The position numbers and the translations under genes are program-made. Shown here in pieces: positions 28,071 through 36,573 of a stretch of 64,000 bases of DNA. Source of the DNA: Mucinivorans sp. Lineage in GTDB: Bacteria > Bacteroidota > Bacteroidia > Bacteroidales > Rikenellaceae. The notes below the pieces were generated by a model, which was not told the origin of the DNA, ran no database searches, and worked only from the letters and a program-made list of their open reading frames with translations. Each line of letters starts with the position of its first letter. Position 1 is the first letter of the stretch. The stretch is from positions 12,630 to 76,629 of the forward strand of contig JAVVSB010000002.1 of assembly GCA_036654415.1 (NCBI GenBank), read 5' to 3'.

Positions 28071-29393
28071 TTAGTTTCCTGTAAATAATTTTATAATGTC
28101 GTTACCGTTGGCAAAAATCAACAATCCAAGAATTAAGATAAAGCCTACATACTGGGCCGCTTCCATAAATTTTTGGGATGGGGCACGTCGGGTTATCATC
28201 TCGTAGAGGATAAATACCAGGTGTCCTCCGTCGAGGGCTGGTATGGGCAGAATATTAATTACGGCCAGCATAATAGAGAGCAGGGCTGTGATGTTCCAGA
28301 ACGAGAACCAGCTCCATGCAGCGGGGAAAATCTTGCCTATGGCAATAAATCCACCCACCTCTTTGTAGGCTCCTGTCTCGGGTGAGGCTATCACCTTGAG
28401 CTGTTTGAGGTAGTTGCTCACCTCGTCTAGGCCGCGTTGCACACCTGCTGGCACGGCTTCTATTACATTGTATTGGCGTGTGCTGATGGGGTAGATGGCT
28501 CCGCTACCGCCTAGGTAGGCCCCCATCTTACCCTGCTCGTTTAGGGGTACGGCCGCGGTAATGGTCTGACCTTGACGCACAAAGGTGAGCTGCACGGTGT
28601 CGCTCTTGTGTTGGGTAAAGTAGGCGGCATATTCGTCGAAATAGGCCATTGGTATGCTGTCGGCCATCAATAAAGAGTCGCCCGCCATGAGCCCTGCCTG
28701 CTGAGCCCCCATACCAGGGGCCACATCGCCCAATACATAAGGGAAACGTAGCTGCACAAAGCCACGGTCCTTGAGCATTGGTTTTATCTGGGCATCGGTG
28801 ATTTTGAGGGTTATGGTCTGCCCGTCACGTTCCACAATCACTGTACGGTTTTCGGCCAGCAAGATTTCGGCGGGAATTTTGGCGAAGTTTTCGACGCTTT
28901 GCCCGTCGATTGAGACTATTTTGTCGCCGTTGCGGAAGCCCATATTTTGGGCCACCTGGCTAAAGGCGAAGCCGTGGTGTACATCTTTGGTACTCACGTA
29001 GCTGTCGCCCCATGCAAAGGCGATGCAGATATAAATAACGCAGGCCAGTACCAGATTCATCATCACCCCTCCGATGATGATAAAGAAGCGTTGCCAAGCT
29101 GGTTTGCTGCGGTATTCCCAAGGTTGGGGTTTTTGGGCTAGTTGTTCCTTGTCCATGGACTCGTCGACCATGCCCGAGATTTTGACGTAGCCGCCAAAGG
29201 GTATCCAGCCGATGCCGAATTCGGTTTGACCTATCTTTTTTTTGAATATGGCGAATTTATAGTCGAAGAAGAGGTAGAATTTCTCAACGCGGCATTTAAA
29301 AAGTTTGGCAAAGAGGAAGTGTCCGAATTCGTGAACTACCACCAGCAGCGAGAGTGCCGCAATAAGTTGTAGGATTTTGATTGCAATGTCCAT
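28071..29393 (-). CDS. rseP: RIP metalloprotease RseP
   Basis: HEFGH, PDZ region, NILPIPALDGG. Confidence 0.95.
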   Translation of the reverse strand: MDIAIKILQLIAALSLLVVVHEFGHFLFAKLFKCRVEKFYLFFDYKFAIFKKKIGQTEFGIGWIPFGGYVKISGMVDESMDKEQLAQKPQPWEYRSKPAWQRFFIIIGGVMMNLVLACVIYICIAFAWGDSYVSTKDVHHGFAFSQVAQNMGFRNGDKIVSIDGQSVENFAKIPAEILLAENRTVIVERDGQTITLKITDAQIKPMLKDRGFVQLRFPYVLGDVAPGMGAQQAGLMAGDSLLMADSIPMAYFDEYAAYFTQHKSDTVQLTFVRQGQTITAAVPLNEQGKMGAYLGGSGAIYPISTRQYNVIEAVPAGVQRGLDEVSNYLKQLKVIASPETGAYKEVGGFIAIGKIFPAAWSWFSFWNITALLSIMLAVINILPIPALDGGHLVFILYEMITRRAPSQKFMEAAQYVGFILILGLLIFANGNDIIKLFTGN

Positions 29394-29423
29394 ATGTATC
29401 TATTTTCGTTTTTTTAATTTTTA

Positions 29424-29538
29424 GAAGCTGTTTTTAATCTCTTTCCACCATTTTATTACCACCCCTTTTCCTGCTGATTTTGAGCTATAGTCAGCTACTA
29501 TCTCGGCAAATCATCGAGAAAAGAGTTACCCCACTTTC
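29424..29538 (+). mobile_element. MITE-like element between dxr and rseP
   Basis: TTA-GAAGCTGTTTTTAATCTCTTTCCACCATTTTATTACC...CTATCTCGGCAAATCATCGAGAAAAGAG; right end degraded. Confidence 0.72.
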
Positions 29539-29594
29539 TATTATCGTAAAAAATCTAACTTTTAGTTTACACCATCCCTATTTTTAAGGGCAAC

Positions 29595-30725
29595 TCACAA
29601 CTTAATGCCACCCATAATGGCTGCATTCACCTCTATAATTCGCTCAAAGGTAGTGATTTTTTCGTTATTGAAGCCCTCCATAGCCCGCTCTATCACCCCA
29701 AATATCTCTCCATAACCTATTCTGTGCTCCAAAAAGGCCCCCACTGCAACCTCCGAAGCCGCATTAAGCACCGTGGGCATCAACCCACCCTGCTCCATGG
29801 CCTCATAAGCCAACCCCAAACAGGGGTATTTGAGCCTGTCAACCTGGTTAAAGGTCAAGGGCTCCATAGGATTCCATTGCTCGTGCCCCACCACCTCCAT
29901 ACGATAGGGGAAAGTCAAAGCATACTGTATCGGCAAACGCATATCGGGGGTGCCCAGCTGAGCCTTCAGGGCCCCATCCTCGAACTCCACAAAGCTGTGG
30001 ATAATAGACTCGGGGTGGATGACAACCTCAATCTGCTCAGCGCGCAGGCCAAAGAGCCATCGAGCCTCCATCACCTCGAACCCCTTATTGAGCATCGTGG
30101 CCGAGTTGACTGTAATCTTGGCCCCCATATCCCAACATGGGTGGCGCAACACCTGCTCCACCGTGGCTACCTTGGCCTGCTCGGCAGTCATATCGCGCAA
30201 AGCACCGCCTGAGGCAGTGATAATAACTCGCTTTAGGGGCGAACTTTCGCCCACCAGACATTGGAAAATGGCCGAATGTTCCGAATCCACAGGCACCAAA
30301 GGGGCCTTGCACTTTACACTTAGAGGCACCAAAAGTTCACCTCCCACCACCAAGCTCTCTTTGTTGGCCAAGGCCACCTTCTTGCCAGCGCGTACCGCTG
30401 CCACCGTTGGGGCCAACCCCGCAAAGCCTACAATGGCCGAGACCACAACCTCCACCGAGGAGCTCGCCACAGCCTGCTCCACCGAGGCTGCTCCCGAGTA
30501 GACCTTGGTGGTGGTGTGGCTCAGCGCAGAGACTAACTTGTCGTAATGGGCCTCATTTGTGATAACCACAACCGAGGCATCGAACTCCACAGCCTGGGCG
30601 GCCAAAGCCTGCCAGTTGTGGTGAGCCGTGAGCAACTCCACCGTGAAGAGCTCCCTGTGACCACGTACCACATCCAGCGTCTGTGTACCTATGGAGCCTG
30701 TGGAGCCAAGTATAGCAATATTCAT
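29595..30725 (-). CDS. dxr: 1-deoxy-D-xylulose-5-phosphate reductoisomerase
   Basis: ILGSTGSIG, LANKESLV, PVDSEHSA, HPCWDMG. Start set at MNIAIL. Confidence 0.95.
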   Translation of the reverse strand: MNIAILGSTGSIGTQTLDVVRGHRELFTVELLTAHHNWQALAAQAVEFDASVVVITNEAHYDKLVSALSHTTTKVYSGAASVEQAVASSSVEVVVSAIVGFAGLAPTVAAVRAGKKVALANKESLVVGGELLVPLSVKCKAPLVPVDSEHSAIFQCLVGESSPLKRVIITASGGALRDMTAEQAKVATVEQVLRHPCWDMGAKITVNSATMLNKGFEVMEARWLFGLRAEQIEVVIHPESIIHSFVEFEDGALKAQLGTPDMRLPIQYALTFPYRMEVVGHEQWNPMEPLTFNQVDRLKYPCLGLAYEAMEQGGLMPTVLNAASEVAVGAFLEHRIGYGEIFGVIERAMEGFNNEKITTFERIIEVNAAIMGGIKL

Positions 30726-30729
30726 AAAT

Positions 30730-31572
30730 TTAGAAAGCAATATAATTTTCGGGGTCCACCGCCGACCCGTTATACCATAATTCAAACTCCAGGTGTGGGC
30801 TGCGTCCTTGGCTCATCTGTCCCATCAGAGCCACCGCTGCGCCAGCCTTGACCCCTTGCCCCACCTTGAGTAGAGGCTCGCCCACACCCCTATACACCGA
30901 CATCATATTGCCAGCGTGCTGCACGGCCACCATGTAACCATCCTTGGGCGACCACTCGCTCAGTACCATCGTACCGTCCAACACCGAGAGCACACTGGAG
31001 CGTGCTGCGGCCGTTATCTGAACCCCAAAGAGCCCCATCCGTGGGTCGAAACGAGAGGATAACATCCCCTGCACTGGGGGCAAAAGCTCAAAGGAGAGCT
31101 CGCGGTGGCTGCGGCTACCGCTCGCGGTGAGTTTTGCAGAGTCGCCTTTGATTTGGAGCCTGAGCAGCGAATCCAGCACCACCCGCTCGGCCACAGTACC
31201 CTTGATGGAGGCCACAAAAGCGGTGTCCTGAACCATAGATATGGGTATCTTACCCTCCAAAATATCGTTGATATTCTGGTTGAAGTTGTTCCACTGAGAA
31301 ACTCTACGCTCCAAGGAGTCCAACCGCATGACATTCGAGAGCAGTAGCTCGCGCGAACGCTTGCCTGGATAGCCTGGTACAAGGTCCAAAATTGGAGTAT
31401 AGGCCACCAACATTAAGGCCGACAAAAAGAGCACCAAAATCCCCACCACAAGCCCCACTACCATATTCCAACGGCTCAGAAAAAGGTGCCAATGCTCCTC
31501 CCCTGTACGCAGATTACGAAAAGTTAGCTTGTTCTTTTGCGTCAGATAACGCATTACAGAATTCTTTTTCAT
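30730..31572 (-). CDS. M23/LytM-domain protein with degenerate Zn ligands
   Basis: TM helix, coiled coil and LytM fold; LFGVQI in place of HxGxD, PHLEFE in place of PHLHFE. Confidence 0.8.
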   Translation of the reverse strand: MKKNSVMRYLTQKNKLTFRNLRTGEEHWHLFLSRWNMVVGLVVGILVLFLSALMLVAYTPILDLVPGYPGKRSRELLLSNVMRLDSLERRVSQWNNFNQNINDILEGKIPISMVQDTAFVASIKGTVAERVVLDSLLRLQIKGDSAKLTASGSRSHRELSFELLPPVQGMLSSRFDPRMGLFGVQITAAARSSVLSVLDGTMVLSEWSPKDGYMVAVQHAGNMMSVYRGVGEPLLKVGQGVKAGAAVALMGQMSQGRSPHLEFELWYNGSAVDPENYIAF

Positions 31573-31596
31573 AATTATTTGACGAAAATACTTTTG

Positions 31597-31622
31597 CAAA
31601 GATAGTTTTTTTATTATATTTG
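31597..31622. promoter_or_regulatory. Back-to-back divergent -7 boxes
   Basis: TATCTTTG on minus at 31597-31604 and TATATTTG on plus at 31615-31622. Confidence 0.7.
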
Positions 31623-31703
31623 TAAGATAAATTGCTCTGGATTATTTGCTTTTAGTGGTAAAAGAGACGCTATTTTCAATAAAATATAAATTTATAAAAC
31701 ATT

Positions 31704-32606
31704 ATGAAACCTACATTATTAGTGTTAGCCGCAGGTATGGGTTCCCGCTACGGCTCACTCAAACAGATTGATGGGGTGGGTCCCAACAACGAAGCCATTA
31801 TTGATTATTCGGTCTATGATGCCATTCGTGGAGGCTTTGGCAAGGTTGTTTTTGTGATTCGTCATAGCTTTGCCGACCAATTTAAGGCTTCCATGAACAA
31901 GGAGAAATTCGGTGGGCAAATTGAGGTTGAATACGTATATCAGGAGCTCGATAAGCTGCCTGAGGGGTTTTCGGTGCCTCAGGGGCGCGAAAAACCTTGG
32001 GGCACCAACCACGCCCTGATGATGGGTGCTGAGCTCATCCACGAACCTTTTGCCGTTATCAACGCTGACGACTTCTATGGCCAGGATGCCATTGCCGTTA
32101 TGGGGAGCTACCTAAGTTCGGTGGCTGGCAAAAAAGGGGCCTATGCCATGGTGGGGTACGAGGTTAAAAAGACCCTTTCGGAAAACGGCACTGTGAGCCG
32201 TGGCATCTGCACCTTGGGGCGTTGCTCGCTGCTCAAGAGTGTGGTGGAGCGCACCAAAATCGAACGCCAGGGCGACCAAATTGTCTATATCGAGCCCGAT
32301 GGCACCTTCCCTTTGCAGCCCGACACACTGGTATCGATGAATCTCTTTGGCTTCACACCCGACTACTTTGCCCACAGCGAAGAGTTTTTCAAAACTTTCC
32401 TCCAGGCCAATGAGTCGAACCTCAAAGCCGAATACTTTATCCCTCTGTTGGTCAACGAACTAATCAATTCGGGCAAGGCCAAACTCAAGGTGTTAAAAAC
32501 CACCAGCGACTGGTTTGGGGTCACCTACAAAGAGGACCGCGCTGCCACCGTACAGCGCATTAGCGAGCTTATAGCTAAGGGGGTATATCCTGCAAAATTG
32601 TGGTAA
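31704..32606 (+). CDS. Sugar-phosphate nucleotidyltransferase of unknown specificity
   Basis: LAAGMGSRYGSLKQ, KPWGT and NADDFYG motifs. Confidence 0.85.
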   Translation: MKPTLLVLAAGMGSRYGSLKQIDGVGPNNEAIIDYSVYDAIRGGFGKVVFVIRHSFADQFKASMNKEKFGGQIEVEYVYQELDKLPEGFSVPQGREKPWGTNHALMMGAELIHEPFAVINADDFYGQDAIAVMGSYLSSVAGKKGAYAMVGYEVKKTLSENGTVSRGICTLGRCSLLKSVVERTKIERQGDQIVYIEPDGTFPLQPDTLVSMNLFGFTPDYFAHSEEFFKTFLQANESNLKAEYFIPLLVNELINSGKAKLKVLKTTSDWFGVTYKEDRAATVQRISELIAKGVYPAKLW

Positions 32607-32624
32607 TTAAAACTCTATAAAACA

Positions 32625-33686
32625 GTGGAAATAACGCAGCAAATATGGGGCATGACACCCCAGGGTGAGGCCATTGTGCTCTACACTATGACCAATACAA
32701 AGGGTGAAAGCGTGCAGCTTAGCAACTTTGGGGCAGCCATTGTGGCCATCAATGTGGCCGACAAAGACGGAAAAATAGAGGATGTGGCCCTGGGCTACAC
32801 CCGTTGGCAGGACTATGTTTCGGACGGTCCCGCAGCTGGTAAGTCGGTGGGGCGTTACGCCAACCGCATAGCTCGTGGACGTTTTACCCTTGAGGGGACA
32901 GAGTATCGTCTGGCTGTGAACAACGGCCCCAACCATCTACACGGTGGCCCAAGCGGTTTTCAAAACCGTGTGTGGCAGAGTCGTGTCGAGGGGGGCTCGC
33001 GCGTGGTGATGAGCTATGTGAGTGCCGCTGGCGAAGAGGGCTACCCAGCCGAGCTGGGTGTTGAGGTCTGTTTCGATTGGGACGATAATTCGGTGCTGGA
33101 GCTCACCTACATGGCAGGCTCCGATGGCCCCACCATTGTCAATATGACCAACCACGTCTACTTTAACCTCAAGGGCGACGGAGAGGGCACCATCGAGGAC
33201 CACTACCTGCGGTTACACGCCAAAGAGTGGCTGCCCACCGACTCCACACAGATACCCACAGGTGAGATAGCCTCGGTGGAGGGAACCCCCATGGACTTTA
33301 CCTCATGGCACACCTTAGGTAGCCGTATTAATGACGAGTTCGAGGCTCTAAAGATAGGCAAGGGTTACGACCACTGCTGGGCCATCGATAGTTACAAGCG
33401 GGGCCGGATACATCCTGCCGCCGAGCTCTACGAGCCCACTAGCGGGCGCAAGGTGACCATTGTCACCTCGCAGCCTGGTATTCAAGTCTACACAGGCAAC
33501 TGGCTATCGGGCTCTCCTATGGGTAAACATGGCGAGTATCAAGACCGTAGCGCGGTGGCCCTGGAGTGCCAAGCCTTCCCCGACAGCCCCAACAAACCCA
33601 ATTTCCCGAGTTGTGCTCTGCACAAGGGGCAGCTCTACGAGCAACATATCATCTATCGCTTTACAGCTGAATCTTCGCTAGACTAA
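32625..33686 (+). CDS. galM: Galactose mutarotase (aldose 1-epimerase)
   Basis: GRYANRI, NHLHGG, TNHVYFNL, YDH, ALECQ; GTG start. Confidence 0.93.
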   Translation: MEITQQIWGMTPQGEAIVLYTMTNTKGESVQLSNFGAAIVAINVADKDGKIEDVALGYTRWQDYVSDGPAAGKSVGRYANRIARGRFTLEGTEYRLAVNNGPNHLHGGPSGFQNRVWQSRVEGGSRVVMSYVSAAGEEGYPAELGVEVCFDWDDNSVLELTYMAGSDGPTIVNMTNHVYFNLKGDGEGTIEDHYLRLHAKEWLPTDSTQIPTGEIASVEGTPMDFTSWHTLGSRINDEFEALKIGKGYDHCWAIDSYKRGRIHPAAELYEPTSGRKVTIVTSQPGIQVYTGNWLSGSPMGKHGEYQDRSAVALECQAFPDSPNKPNFPSCALHKGQLYEQHIIYRFTAESSLD

Positions 33687-33716
33687 AATAATAATCTTAA
33701 AAATCAAAAAAAAATT

Positions 33717-34988
33717 ATGAGTCAAAAACAACAGACAATTAACTACACAGGTCCATTTTTCACGATGGTATTCCTGTTTTTTATTGTTGGTTTCCTCACC
33801 GTGGTCAACCAACAGTTCCAGAGCCCGCTTCAGGAGGCTTTGCTCAGTAATGTAGGTAATCTACGCAACACTTTGGCCGTTATGGTCACCTTTGCTTGGT
33901 TCCTCTCCTACCCACTCACTGGTGGCATCGGAGCCCGCTTAGTTAATAAATTGGGCTACAAGAGTACTATGGTACGCGCCCTGTTTGTGGTGGCTGCTGG
34001 TTGTGCCATCTTCGAGGCCTCAGTTTTGCTTCAGAAGTATTCAGGAGCTTCGATGTCCTTCGGAGCCGATGCTTCAATTCCTTACGCCTACTTCCTCTTT
34101 TTGATTGGGGCCTATGTTGTGGGTGCTGGTGTGACCATCATGCAGGTTGTTATCAACCCCTATTTGGTAGCCTGCTCGGTTAAGGGGACCTCGGACGTTC
34201 AGCGTCAGAACATTGGTGGCTCGTCCAACTCCATAGGTACCACCTTGGCACCTTTCTTTGTTGGTGGTATCATCTTTGGTGGGGCAACGGTGGTTACCCT
34301 GGACAGTCTGATAATTCCATTCTTGGCCTTTATTGTTGTCATTATGGTAGTGGCTTTTATCATCACCAAACTCAAATTGCCTAACATTGCCAACACCACA
34401 GCTGGTGGCGACACCAAACTCGAACGTTCTATCTGGTCTTTCCGCCACCTAACTTTTGGCGTTGTGGCCATCTTCATCTATGTGGGTGTTGAGGTTTGCG
34501 TGGGTGCCAATTTGGTTATGCATGCCAAGGCCGAGGCCAACTGGTTGGAGCTTGCCGCTCAGATGGGTTCACTCTATTGGGGTGGTATGTTGGTGGGTCG
34601 TCTTATCGGCTCAGCCATTAGTAAGGTTCCTGCTCGCACGCAGCTTATCATCACTTCGGTGATTGCCACCTTGCTCGTTATTGGTGCCATGTTGACCGAC
34701 AATCTATGGTATTTGGTTGCCGTTGGTCTGTTCCACTCAGTTATGTGGCCTGCCACTTTTGCTTTGGCCATCAAGGGTCTTGGCAAATACACCTCGGCTG
34801 GTTCGGGTGCTTTGATGATTGGTGTTCTTGGTGGTGGTGTGATGCCTCTACTTCAGGCTATCCTGGCCGACAGCTGGGGTGGTGATTGGACAGCCACATG
34901 GGTGATAGTAATCGTTGGTGAACTCTATTTGTTGTACTACGCTCTGCTAGGCAGCCGTGTGCGCAAGAGTGACGATATGACAGCTTAA
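33717..34988 (+). CDS. FucP/GluP-type MFS sugar transporter (probably galactose)
   Basis: 12-TM MFS; VINPY, YVGVEV, SLYWGGM; lies between galM and galK. Confidence 0.85.
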   Translation: MSQKQQTINYTGPFFTMVFLFFIVGFLTVVNQQFQSPLQEALLSNVGNLRNTLAVMVTFAWFLSYPLTGGIGARLVNKLGYKSTMVRALFVVAAGCAIFEASVLLQKYSGASMSFGADASIPYAYFLFLIGAYVVGAGVTIMQVVINPYLVACSVKGTSDVQRQNIGGSSNSIGTTLAPFFVGGIIFGGATVVTLDSLIIPFLAFIVVIMVVAFIITKLKLPNIANTTAGGDTKLERSIWSFRHLTFGVVAIFIYVGVEVCVGANLVMHAKAEANWLELAAQMGSLYWGGMLVGRLIGSAISKVPARTQLIITSVIATLLVIGAMLTDNLWYLVAVGLFHSVMWPATFALAIKGLGKYTSAGSGALMIGVLGGGVMPLLQAILADSWGGDWTATWVIVIVGELYLLYYALLGSRVRKSDDMTA

Positions 34989-35003
34989 AAACAGTAAAAA
35001 AAT

Positions 35004-36155
35004 ATGGAAGAAAAGATTAAAAAGGCATTTGCCGACCATTTCGGTGCTGCGGGGCGTGTTTACGCCTCGCCAGGCCGTATCAATATTATTGGAGAACACA
35101 CCGACTACAATGGTGGCTTTGTGCTACCTGGTGCTGTGGACAAGGGCATGGTGGCCGAAATCAAATTCAACGATGGCCCCAAGTGTCGTATCTATTCGGT
35201 TGACCTGGATGAGTACAGCGAATTTGGCATCCAGGAGCAGGATGCTCCAAGCGAACATTGGGCCAAATATATCTTTGGGGTTGTGCGCGAGATGATTAAA
35301 CGTGGTGCCACGCTTAACTGTTTTGACTCGGCCTTTGCTGGCGATGTCCCTCTGGGTGCAGGTATGAGCTCTTCGGCTGCGCTGGAGAGCACCTACGCCT
35401 TTGCCCTGAACGATATGCTCTCTTTGGGTTTCGAGAAGATGGAGCTGGCCAAGATTGGTCAGGCCACCGAGCACAACTATGTGGGTGTAAACTGCGGCAT
35501 TATGGACCAGTTTGCCTCCATCCACGGTCGCAAGGGTCAACTGATGAGGTTGGACTGCAAGAGTGGCGAGTTTACCTACGTACCTTTCGACCCTGAGTCG
35601 CACGGCTACAAGGTATGCTTGGTTGACAGCTGTGTGAAACACGAGTTGGTGGATTCGCCCTACAACCGTCGCCGCGAGAGTTGCGAACGGGCTGTTAAGG
35701 CCATCCAAAAACGTCACCCAGAGGTGGAGTTTATGCGTGATGCCGACCTTGAGTGGCTCGAAGAGGTGATTGGCCAAATCAGCCAAGAGGATTATATCCG
35801 TGCCCTCTATGCCCGTCAGGAGGTCGACCGTCTGCTGGATGCTTGCGCAGCCATGGAGAAGGGCGACTACGAAACGGCTGGTCGTAAAATGTACGGCACC
35901 CATATCGGCATGAGTGTGCTCTATGAGGTTTCGTGCCCCGAGCTAGATTTTGTCAACGAGGTGGCCAAGGAGTGCGGTGTTACAGGCTCGCGTGTTATGG
36001 GCGGTGGCTTTGGCGGCTGCACCATCAACATTGTCAAAAAAGAGCTTTACGACAACTTCGTACAGAAGGTCTCCCAGGCCTATAAGGCTAAATTTGGCAT
36101 CGACTGCAAAATCTATCCTGTGGTTATCTCGGACGGTGCACGCCGCTTGAGCTAA
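35004..36155 (+). CDS. galK: Galactokinase
   Basis: PGRINIIGEHTDYN, GAGMSSSAA, CGIMDQF, GSRVMGGGFGG. Confidence 0.96.
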   Translation: MEEKIKKAFADHFGAAGRVYASPGRINIIGEHTDYNGGFVLPGAVDKGMVAEIKFNDGPKCRIYSVDLDEYSEFGIQEQDAPSEHWAKYIFGVVREMIKRGATLNCFDSAFAGDVPLGAGMSSSAALESTYAFALNDMLSLGFEKMELAKIGQATEHNYVGVNCGIMDQFASIHGRKGQLMRLDCKSGEFTYVPFDPESHGYKVCLVDSCVKHELVDSPYNRRRESCERAVKAIQKRHPEVEFMRDADLEWLEEVIGQISQEDYIRALYARQEVDRLLDACAAMEKGDYETAGRKMYGTHIGMSVLYEVSCPELDFVNEVAKECGVTGSRVMGGGFGGCTINIVKKELYDNFVQKVSQAYKAKFGIDCKIYPVVISDGARRLS

Positions 36156-36170
36156 TCTCTAGGTAGTCAC

Positions 36171-36210
36171 AAAAAAGCTGTCTGAACGTTAAGTTCAGAC
36201 AGCTTTTTTT
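36171..36210. terminator. Bidirectional terminator
   Basis: 17-bp stem AAAAAAGCTGTCTGAAC/GTTCAGACAGCTTTTTT. Confidence 0.8.
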
Positions 36211-36236
36211 GTTGCAGTAGCCTCCAGGCCGTTTAA

Positions 36237-36275
36237 GAAGCTGTTTTAATAAAATTCTAAATTTCAACAGCCTTC
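36237..36275 (+). mobile_element. Mini-MITE (about 39 bp)
   Basis: TAA-GAAGCTGTTTTAATAAAATTCTAAATTTCAACAGCCTTC; same design as 11052-11091. Confidence 0.62.
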
Positions 36276-36279
36276 AGCC

Positions 36280-36573
36280 CTATAGTTGCTGCTCCACATT
36301 CCAGACAAAGGCGCGCAGCCCTTGTTGCTCGGTGCGGGAGTCCAGTTCCCGCAGGGCCTCGAGCAGTGGCGTCACACGCATATCTTCCACCACGGCCAGC
36401 ATCACAGTGTTCTTGGCTGGCCAGGTGTGGCTGCCCATGTGGGGTTCGCCACCGAACGAACCGCGGCCAAAGACCTCCAACCAGCGGGTGTAACCACGAA
36501 TGTTATTGCGGTCTAGGATAGTCTCGACCTGTTCGGTGATAGATTGATTATAGCTTAAGAATATAGTTTTCAT
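36280..36573 (-). CDS. P-II-like transporter-associated protein (PG0541 family-like)
   Basis: 97 aa; RGYTRW, GRGS..GEPH and RAFVW pattern; ATGA overlap with the RND gene. Confidence 0.75.
   Translation of the reverse strand: MKTIFLSYNQSITEQVETILDRNNIRGYTRWLEVFGRGSFGGEPHMGSHTWPAKNTVMLAVVEDMRVTPLLEALRELDSRTEQQGLRAFVWNVEQQL

Noticed and set aside
25791-29558. TAAAAAATCTAA downstream of both GH20 #1 and dxr
   Set aside because: A 12-bp AT-rich match with no further alignment; plausibly chance.
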